Shown: piece by piece, positions 8,229-14,891 of the stretch
Numbering within the stretch: the stretch's first letter is position 1
Layout of the letters: the number at the start of each line of letters is the position of its first letter
From: Actinomycetes bacterium
GTDB lineage: Bacteria > Actinomycetota > Acidimicrobiia > Acidimicrobiales > Palsa-688
Direction of reading: 5' to 3'
NCBI GenBank assembly: GCA_021846485.1
Contig: JAJZWW010000001.1
Coordinates: forward strand, 1 to 43,222
DNA: 43,222 bases
The notes under the pieces: generated by a model
Told to the model about the DNA's origin: nothing
Databases searched by the model: none
What the model saw: the letters and a program-made list of their open reading frames with translations, nothing else
Translations under genes and position numbers: made by a program

Positions 8229-10970
8229 GTGAGGCGGGTGCTGCCGGTAGGCGGGAGTGAGCCCACCGACGGCGAGGCGTCCCTCGAGCTGCGCAGCCGG
8301 CCGGGGGGAGCGGGCGGCCCTGACCGGGACTGGCGGAGCACGCCCGAGGCGACGGCGGCGGTGCAGGAAGGTTCCCCGCGAGAGGCTCCCGGGGGTCCGC
8401 CGGGGAGTGGTGCGGGCGGCCGCCTCACCCCCGAGGCGGTCGTCACCTTCTTGGTCGTGGGGGCCTGCGTCGCGTTCGTGTTCTGGCAGCTCGAGCCGTC
8501 GCAGATGTTCCGCGACACCACCCCGGCCGGCGGCGACATGGGGGCCCACGTGTGGCTCCCCGCTTACCTGGAAAGGGTCCTGATACCCCACGGGCAGATC
8601 TTCGGCTGGTCGATGGACTGGTACGCCGGCTTCCCGGTGCCGAGCTTCTACTTCCCGCTGCCGATGTACGCCATCGCGCTCGCCGGCTACGTGATCCCCT
8701 ACGACATCGCGTTCAAGCTGGTCACCGCGTCCGGCCTGATCGCCCTGCCGGTCGCCTGCTGGGCGTTCGGGCGCCTGGCGAGGATCCGCTTCCCTGGGCC
8801 CGCCTGCCTGGCGGTCGCCTCGGTCCCGTTCCTGTTCGGTCGGGAGTTCACGATCTACGGGGGCAATATCGCCTCCACGATGGCCGGCGAGTTCAGCTTC
8901 GCGATCAGCCTCTCGCTGGCGATCGTCTTCTGCGGCCTGGTCGCCCGCGGCCTGCGCACCGGCCGGGGCCGCATCCTGGCCGCAGTGGTGCTGGCCGCCT
9001 GCGGGCTGTCGCACGTGCTACCGCTGTTCTTCGCGATCGTCGGGTCGCTGGTGCTCCTCGCGCTGGAGCACAGCGTCCGGCGCCTGGTGTGGCTCGCCAC
9101 GGTCGGGATCGTCGGCGGGCTGCTGGTCGCCTTCTGGGCGGTCCCGTTCGTCTACCGCCTGCCCTACGCCACCAACATGGGCTACGGGAAGATCACCGCC
9201 TACATCCACACCCTGTTCCCCCAGGGCGAGCTGTGGCTCTACCTCCTCGCCGCGGTCGGCGCGACGCTCGCGTTCACCCGGTCCAACCTGATCGGCAAGT
9301 GGCTGGCGTACATGGCCGGGCTGTCGGCGCTGGCGTTCGTGCTCGCCCCCAACGGGCGGCTGTGGAACGCCCGGGCCCTGCCGTTCTGGTTCCTCACGCT
9401 CTACCTGCTGGCCGGCATCGCGTTCTCGGAGGTGGGCACCGCGCTGATCGAGGCCTTGCTGGCCCGCAGGGAGCGCTCCGGGCGGGCGGCCGGCGACGCC
9501 GATCGGGAGGCCGGGGCAAACGGCTGGGGGGCCGGCTCCGACGCCCGGGCGGGGCGGTCCCTCCTGCCTGCCTCGCCGAGCCGGCTGGTGGTGGTCCCGG
9601 TGCTCACCTTGCTGGTGGCCCTGGTGTGGGTGGGCTACCCGCTGCGGATCCTGCCCGGCGGGACGGTCACCGCCAACGGCGACTACCGGTGGGCGGGGAT
9701 CACCAGCAGCGACAACTCCTTCGTCCCCGACTGGGTGAGGTGGAACTACAGCGGCTACCAGGCCCGGGACAAGTCGTCGCGCACCGCCTACTTCGCCATC
9801 ATGCGCACCATGCGGCGGATAGGGGCGACCGACGGGTGCGGGCGGTCGATGTACGAGTACGAGCCGGCGATCAACGACATGGGCACGCCCGACGCGCTGA
9901 TGCTCCTGCCGTACTGGACCCACGGGTGCATCTCCACCATGGAGGGCCTGTACTACGAGGCGTCGGCCACGACTCCTTACCACTTCTTGGACGCGGCCGA
10001 GCTGTCCGCGCAGCCGTCCAACCCGATGCGCGGCCTCGACTACCCCTCGGCGCCCGACGTGACCCTCGGCGTCGAGCACCTCCAGATGCTCGGCGTCAAG
10101 TACTTCCTGGCGGTCTCCCCGACGGTGCAGGCCCAGGCCGCGGCCGACCCGAGCCTGCGGCTCCTGGCGTCCGTCGGCCCTTACCCGACCGACGTGACCA
10201 GCGGCAGCCGAACCACGGTCCAGCAGCAGACCTGGAAGGTCTACCGGGTCCTCGACTCGCCGCTGGTGAGCCCGCTGCGCTACCAGCCGGCGGTCGTGCC
10301 CGACACCTTGAAGACCGCGACCACCTGGCTGCACCTCTCCGAGTCGTGGTACCTCGACCCGGCCCGCTGGCGGGTGTACCTGGCCGCCGCCGGACCGCGG
10401 TCGTGGGCCCGGGTGAGCGCCGGCGACCCGACGCCCCCGCTGCGGCGCGAGCCGTCCAGCCGGGTCAGCGCGGTCCACCTCCACGAGGAGTCGGTCTCTT
10501 TCGACGTGAGCCGCACGGGCGTGCCGGTCCTCGTAAAGGTCTCGTACTTCCCCAACTGGCACGTGCAGGGGGCCTCGGGCGTCTACCGGGTGACCCCCAA
10601 CCTCATGGTCGTCGTCCCGACTGCCCACCACGTCGAGCTGACCTACGGGTCGACGCCGATCGACTGGGTCGGCACCGGGCTGAGCGTGCTCGGCCTCGTG
10701 GCGCTCCTCTTGATGTGGCGGTTCCCGGTGCGGCGCTGGGTGGCGCCCGACGGCACGATCGTGGAGGACCGCCCGCCGCGGCTCTCCTCGCGGCGCGGCC
10801 GCCGCCGCCCGCTGCTCCACGGGCCACCCGAGGACCCCGAGTTCTGGGGGGGCGCGCCCCGGACCCGCCCGCCCCCGCCGGGCGGAGGGGAGGGCTCGAC
10901 GCCCCCCTTCGCGCAGCTGCCGGTGCCGCCGTTGGCGCCATCCGAGGACGGGCCTGGGTCGCCGGGCTGA
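8229..10970 (+). CDS. large polytopic membrane protein with C-terminal extracytoplasmic domain, GT-C-like (putative glycosyltransferase)
   Basis: The 913-aa ORF has a low-complexity N-terminus followed by many hydrophobic helices, with an acidic/His motif (TTPAGGDMGAHVWLP) in the first loop. A soluble domain of about 450 aa follows (LGVKYFLAV ... YFPNWHVQGA), then a last TM helix (GLSVLGLVALLLMW) and a Pro/Arg-rich tail. The start is uncertain, with GTGs at 8229 and 8238. Confidence 0.78.
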   Translation: MRRVLPVGGSEPTDGEASLELRSRPGGAGGPDRDWRSTPEATAAVQEGSPREAPGGPPGSGAGGRLTPEAVVTFLVVGACVAFVFWQLEPSQMFRDTTPAGGDMGAHVWLPAYLERVLIPHGQIFGWSMDWYAGFPVPSFYFPLPMYAIALAGYVIPYDIAFKLVTASGLIALPVACWAFGRLARIRFPGPACLAVASVPFLFGREFTIYGGNIASTMAGEFSFAISLSLAIVFCGLVARGLRTGRGRILAAVVLAACGLSHVLPLFFAIVGSLVLLALEHSVRRLVWLATVGIVGGLLVAFWAVPFVYRLPYATNMGYGKITAYIHTLFPQGELWLYLLAAVGATLAFTRSNLIGKWLAYMAGLSALAFVLAPNGRLWNARALPFWFLTLYLLAGIAFSEVGTALIEALLARRERSGRAAGDADREAGANGWGAGSDARAGRSLLPASPSRLVVVPVLTLLVALVWVGYPLRILPGGTVTANGDYRWAGITSSDNSFVPDWVRWNYSGYQARDKSSRTAYFAIMRTMRRIGATDGCGRSMYEYEPAINDMGTPDALMLLPYWTHGCISTMEGLYYEASATTPYHFLDAAELSAQPSNPMRGLDYPSAPDVTLGVEHLQMLGVKYFLAVSPTVQAQAAADPSLRLLASVGPYPTDVTSGSRTTVQQQTWKVYRVLDSPLVSPLRYQPAVVPDTLKTATTWLHLSESWYLDPARWRVYLAAAGPRSWARVSAGDPTPPLRREPSSRVSAVHLHEESVSFDVSRTGVPVLVKVSYFPNWHVQGASGVYRVTPNLMVVVPTAHHVELTYGSTPIDWVGTGLSVLGLVALLLMWRFPVRRWVAPDGTIVEDRPPRLSSRRGRRRPLLHGPPEDPEFWGGAPRTRPPPPGGGEGSTPPFAQLPVPPLAPSEDGPGSPG

Positions 10971-11142
10971 GCCCGATCAGCCGGCCGAGGGGAAAGGCCT
11001 CCCCCGTACCGGGGGTCCCGGGTGCCGGGGCCGCAGCGACGCGCCTCCGAGGTCCCGGCACCGGGGCTGGCCGCCGGCTCTGCGGGGCTCCCGTGGACGG
11101 TTTCGTCCGCCGGGCGCGGGCAGCCTCTAGTGTTGCGCCGCG

Positions 11143-12513
11143 ATGGCCGGCCTCGACGAGATCTTCAAGGCGTACGACATCCGGGGGACCGTCCCCGACC
11201 GCCTCGACGCCGTCGTGGCTCGCGCCGTCGGGGGGGCGTTCGTCCGCTTCGCCGGCGCGGCCTCGATCGTGGTGGGCCGGGACATGCGCCCCTCGGGGGT
11301 CGAGCTGGTCGGGGCCTTCGCCGCCGGAGCGACGCAGGCGGGTGCCGACGTGGTCCTGCTCGGGCTGACCTCCACCGACGAGCTGTACTACGCGTCGGGA
11401 GCGCTGGGCTCGCCAGGAGCGATGTTCACCGCGTCGCACAACCCGGCCGGCTACAACGGGATCAAGCTGTGCCTGTCGGGAGCCCGACCCGTCGGGGCCG
11501 AGTCGGGCCTCGCCGAGGTGCGTGCCGACGTGGAGTCCCAGCTCGGCGGGTGGAACCCCCCGCCGGCGGGGCGAACCGGCTCGGTCACCGGGCGCGACGT
11601 GCTCTCGGACTACGCCGCCAAGGTGCGCTCGTTCGTGGACCGGGAGCGCCTCCGCCCGCTGCGGGTGGTGGCCGACACCGCCAACGGCATGGGCGGGCTG
11701 GTGGTCCCGGCGGTCTTCGACGGGCTCCCCTTCGAGCTCGACATCCTCTTCGGCGAGCTCGACGGCACCTTCCCCCACCACCCGGCCGACCCGATCCAGC
11801 CGGCCAACCTGGTGGACCTCCGCCGTCGGGTCGTCGAGACCGGGGCGGACGTGGGCCTGGCCTTCGACGGTGACGCCGACCGGTGCTTCCTCGTGGACGA
11901 CGGGGGCGAGCCGGTCTCTGGGTCGACGACCACCGCGATGGTGGCGGCCGCCATGCTGGAGAAGCGTCCCGGGTCGACGATCCTCTACAACCTGATCTGC
12001 TCCAAGGCGGTGCCGGAGATCGTCGCCGAGCACGGCGGCACTGCGGTGCGCACCCGGGTGGGCCACTCGTTCATCAAGGCAGTCATGGCCGAGACCGGAG
12101 CGGTCTTCGGGGGTGAGCACTCCGGCCACTACTACTTCGCCGACAACTACCGGGCGGACTCGGGCTGCATCGCGGCCCTCGTGGTCCTGGAGATGCTCTC
12201 GACCGCCGGCCGACCCCTCTCGGAGCTGCGCCGGGACTACGAGCGCTACGCCGCCTCCGGGGAGATCAACACCGAGGTGGCCGACCCGCTGGCGGCCGTC
12301 GAGGCGGTGGCCGCCCACTTCGACCCCGCCACCTGGCCCGGCGCGCTCCAGGACCGCACCGACGGCCTGACCGTCGACCTCGGCAGCTGGTGGTTCAACC
12401 TGCGCCCCTCCAACACCGAGCCGCTGCTCCGGCTCAACGTCGAGGCGGCGACCTCCGAGGAGTGTGCCGACCACGTCGAAGCGATCACCACCCTGCTCCG
12501 GGAGACCTCCTGA
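11143..12513 (+). CDS. manB: phosphomannomutase/phosphoglucomutase
   Basis: The 456-aa ORF begins FKAYDIRG and carries the active-site loop TASHNPAGYNGIK, the metal loop FDGDADR and the sugar loop GGEHSGHYYF. Confidence 0.93.
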   Translation: MAGLDEIFKAYDIRGTVPDRLDAVVARAVGGAFVRFAGAASIVVGRDMRPSGVELVGAFAAGATQAGADVVLLGLTSTDELYYASGALGSPGAMFTASHNPAGYNGIKLCLSGARPVGAESGLAEVRADVESQLGGWNPPPAGRTGSVTGRDVLSDYAAKVRSFVDRERLRPLRVVADTANGMGGLVVPAVFDGLPFELDILFGELDGTFPHHPADPIQPANLVDLRRRVVETGADVGLAFDGDADRCFLVDDGGEPVSGSTTTAMVAAAMLEKRPGSTILYNLICSKAVPEIVAEHGGTAVRTRVGHSFIKAVMAETGAVFGGEHSGHYYFADNYRADSGCIAALVVLEMLSTAGRPLSELRRDYERYAASGEINTEVADPLAAVEAVAAHFDPATWPGALQDRTDGLTVDLGSWWFNLRPSNTEPLLRLNVEAATSEECADHVEAITTLLRETS

Positions 12514-12515
12514 CC

Positions 12516-12767
12516 ATGGCCCTCGACCCCCAGCTGCTCGAGATCCTCGCCTGCCCCGAGGACAAGGGCCCGCTGCTCTACTTCGCCGACGAGCAGAGCC
12601 TCTACAACCCCCGCCTGCGCCGCCGCTACGCGGTCCGCGACGACATCCCGGTGATGCTGGTAGAGGAGGCCGAGACCGTCGGGGAGGAGGAGCACGAGCG
12701 GCTGGTCGCCAAGGCGGAGAGCGACGGCGTCCGCCCGACCTTCGACCCCGGAGACGGCGGCCGCTGA
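12516..12767 (+). CDS. Trm112-family small protein
   Basis: An ATG at 12516 lies 2 nt after the manB stop. The product MALDPQLLEILACPEDKGPLLYFADEQSLYNPRLRRRYAVRDDIPVMLVEEA matches the Trm112p-like pattern (L..LaCP ... y.v.dgIP.ml). Confidence 0.85.
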   Translation: MALDPQLLEILACPEDKGPLLYFADEQSLYNPRLRRRYAVRDDIPVMLVEEAETVGEEEHERLVAKAESDGVRPTFDPGDGGR

Positions 12768-13798
12768 TGGCGGTGCTCGACACCGTGGGCATGTTCGACC
12801 TCGCCGACACCTGGCCCGAGCAGGTAGAGGCCGCTGCCGCGGCAGCCCGCGGGCTCGAGGGCCTGCCGAGGAGCGAGGAGATCGAGCAGGTCGTGGTGCT
12901 CGGGATGGGCGGAAGTGGCATGGCCGGCGACGTGCTGGCCGCGGTGGCCACCCCGCTCGTGCCGGTGCCGGTGGTCGTCGTGAAGTCCTACGAGTGCCCC
13001 GCGTTCGTCGGGGACACCACCTTGGTGTTCGCGGTGTCCGCGTCGGGGGACACCGAGGAGACGATCCAGGCGGCTTCGGACGCCGCGGTGGCCGGCGCGC
13101 ACATGGTGGTCGTCACCGGGGGGGGCGAGCTCGGCCGGCTGGCGAGCAGCTGGGGGGCGCCGACGGTCGGGGTGCCCGGCGGGATCCCCCAACCCCGGGC
13201 CGCGCTCGGGTCGATGGCCATCCCCCCGCTGGTGGTGCTCGACGAGATGGGGCTGTACCGCGGCGGCTCGTACTGGGTGCGCGAAGCGGTCGAGCAGCTG
13301 GAGCGGCGCCGCGAGCAGCTGTCGAGCGAGGGCGACGCCAGCCCGGCAGCGGAGGTCGCCCGCCGGATCGGCACCCGGGTGCCGGTGGTCCACGGGGGAG
13401 GGGCGCTCGGCGCCGCCGCCGCCACGCGCTGGCGCACCCAGGTCAACGAGAACGCCAAGCGGCTGGCCTTCTCCTCGGTCCAGCCGGAGCTGTGCCACAA
13501 CGAGGTCGTCGGCTGGGCGGGAGCCGACGGGACGCTCGGGAGGGCGCTCGCCGCCGTGCTCCTCCGCCACGACGGCGAGCATCCCCAGGTCAGCCGGCGC
13601 TTCGAGCTGGTCGCCGACATCATCGGGCGCACCTTCGAGGTCGTTTGTGTGCGCGCCGAGGGTGACGGCGACCTCGCCCAGCTCCTCGACCTGGTGATCT
13701 TCGGTGACTACGTGTCGCTGTGGCTGGCCGCCCAGGCCGGCGAGGACCCCGGCCCGGTGGCCGTGCTGACGGAGCTGAAGCACCGGCTCGCCGACTGA
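12767..13798 (+). CDS. SIS-domain bifunctional phosphoglucose/phosphomannose isomerase family protein
   Basis: The ATG at 12767 overlaps the preceding stop (TGATG). SIS-domain motifs are VLGMGGSGMAGDV and FAVSASGDTEET. Its position next to manB is the conserved actinobacterial arrangement. Confidence 0.85.
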   Translation: MAVLDTVGMFDLADTWPEQVEAAAAAARGLEGLPRSEEIEQVVVLGMGGSGMAGDVLAAVATPLVPVPVVVVKSYECPAFVGDTTLVFAVSASGDTEETIQAASDAAVAGAHMVVVTGGGELGRLASSWGAPTVGVPGGIPQPRAALGSMAIPPLVVLDEMGLYRGGSYWVREAVEQLERRREQLSSEGDASPAAEVARRIGTRVPVVHGGGALGAAAATRWRTQVNENAKRLAFSSVQPELCHNEVVGWAGADGTLGRALAAVLLRHDGEHPQVSRRFELVADIIGRTFEVVCVRAEGDGDLAQLLDLVIFGDYVSLWLAAQAGEDPGPVAVLTELKHRLAD

Positions 13799-13815
13799 CG
13801 CCCGGGCTCCGGCCC

Positions 13816-14100
13816 GGCTAGTCTGGTTGCGAGGGCCAGAGCGGGTCTGTGGTTGCAAGTCGAGGCCAGTCGCAGGCGAAACGACCCACGTAAGGCGACT
13901 CTTGGTCGCCGAGCACGGTGCGGCTTAGGGGTAAGACCTGCCCGCCGAAGGGGCCATCCGGGTCCCCGGCGGAGACGTCCCGACGTGGGATCCACGAGGG
14001 TGCCGGGCGAGAGCCGCCGCCCCCGCCCACCACGGTCGCAGCAGGCGGGTGTGGGGTCGAAGACCAGGTCAGCCGCTCGGGCCCTCACCAACCTGCGGGG
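13816..14100 (+). ncRNA. candidate structured non-coding RNA or long structured leader (class not identified)
   Basis: It lies in a 322-nt gap with no credible ORF inside a tightly packed same-strand gene array. The gap contains a perfect hairpin (GGCGAC-tcttg-GTCGCC, 13894-13910), a composite hairpin (13942-13972), several exact long-range complements and an internal imperfect duplication. Strand and ends are not determined. Confidence 0.3.
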
Positions 14101-14120
14101 CGCTCGGGTAGCTTCGGTGC

Positions 14121-14891
14121 GTGGACGGCCAGCACCGGGGGGGCGCGGACCGCGGCGGTGGAGCGGTCACCCGGGTGCTGGTCGCCGACCACCAGGCCCT
14201 GTTCCGGCGGGGACTGATCGCGGTGCTCGGCGCCGACTGGCGCACCGAGGTGGTGGGGGAGGCCGGCAACGGGGAGGACGCCGTCGCCCTCGCCGTCGCG
14301 CTGGAGCCCGACGTGGTGGTCCTCGACGTGGCCCTCCCCGGCCCCGGGGGCGTCGAGGCGGTCCGGAGGATCCGGGGGCTGACCACCTCCACCCGGGTCC
14401 TGGTGCTCACCGCGAGCGTCGACGAGCAGGACCTCTACGAGGCGGTCAAGGCCGGTGCGACCGGCTACCTGCTCAAGGACCTCCCCGCCGAGGAGGTCGT
14501 GGACGCGGTGCGCGCCGCCGCCGCCGGTCAGTCGCTGATCGCCCCGTCGCTGGCCTCGAAGCTCCTCGGGGAGTTCAACTCCCTCGCGCGGGCGGCGGCC
14601 CGCCGGGAGCCGGGCTCCGCGCCGGTGCTCACCGCGCGCGAGCTCGAGGTGCTCGCCCTCCTCGCCCGGGGCCGTTCCAACCGGGAGGTGGGCGCGGAGC
14701 TGTTCATCTCCGAGAACACCGCGAAGAACCACGTCCGCAACATCTTGGAGAAGCTGCACCTGCACTCGAGGGTCGAGGCGGTGATGCACGCCGTACGTCT
14801 AGGGCTGGTCGACCCCTACGAGACCGGGGGGGGTGGGCACCCCGGTGTTGATCGGGAAGCGCCGGGGGCCACCGGTACGATGGGACCATGA
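14121..14891 (+). CDS. NarL/LuxR-family response regulator (orphan)
   Basis: The receiver domain reads RVLVADHQ ... VVVLDVALPG ... VLVLTAS ... GYLLKD. The LuxR helix-turn-helix reads LTARELEVLALLARGRSNREVGAELFISENTAKNHVRNILEKL. The start is GTG at 14121. Its stop overlaps the secA ATG (ATGA at 14888-14891). No histidine kinase is present in the window. Confidence 0.9.
   Translation: MDGQHRGGADRGGGAVTRVLVADHQALFRRGLIAVLGADWRTEVVGEAGNGEDAVALAVALEPDVVVLDVALPGPGGVEAVRRIRGLTTSTRVLVLTASVDEQDLYEAVKAGATGYLLKDLPAEEVVDAVRAAAAGQSLIAPSLASKLLGEFNSLARAAARREPGSAPVLTARELEVLALLARGRSNREVGAELFISENTAKNHVRNILEKLHLHSRVEAVMHAVRLGLVDPYETGGGGHPGVDREAPGATGTMGP

Noticed and set aside
13880-13950. Cobalamin riboswitch, suggested by the B12-box-like string GGGGTAAGACCTGCCCGCC and a CCCACGTAAGG element.
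   Set aside because: The conserved GGGAA / GGTGnnAAnTCC core is not present. The downstream gene is a response regulator, not a B12-related transport or metabolic gene. Only about 9 nt match the B12 box.
13799-14120. RNase P RNA, SRP RNA, glycine riboswitch and c-di-AMP (ydaO) riboswitch.
   Set aside because: There is no GGAAAGTCC or ACAGAAnCCGGCTTA (RNase P). ACCAGGTCAG matches SRP for 10 nt, but the GGAAGGAAGCAGC loop is absent. CGCCGAAGGGGCC resembles the glycine-aptamer core, but the GGAGAG and CTCAGGCAAAAGGAC parts are missing. No CCGACAGCTAAC-type ydaO element is present.
13771-14140. tmRNA (ssrA). Short stretches (GGCTAGTCTG, GGGATCCAC, a GGAGCTGAA-like 5-prime string, ...CTCACCA) reminded me of mycobacterial tmRNA.
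   Set aside because: There is no tRNA-like T-arm (GGTTCGAnTCC) and no acceptor stem pairing ending in ACCA. There is no tag reading frame ending in ...LAA-stop. The putative 5-prime end would lie inside the SIS isomerase CDS. The resemblances are short and from memory.
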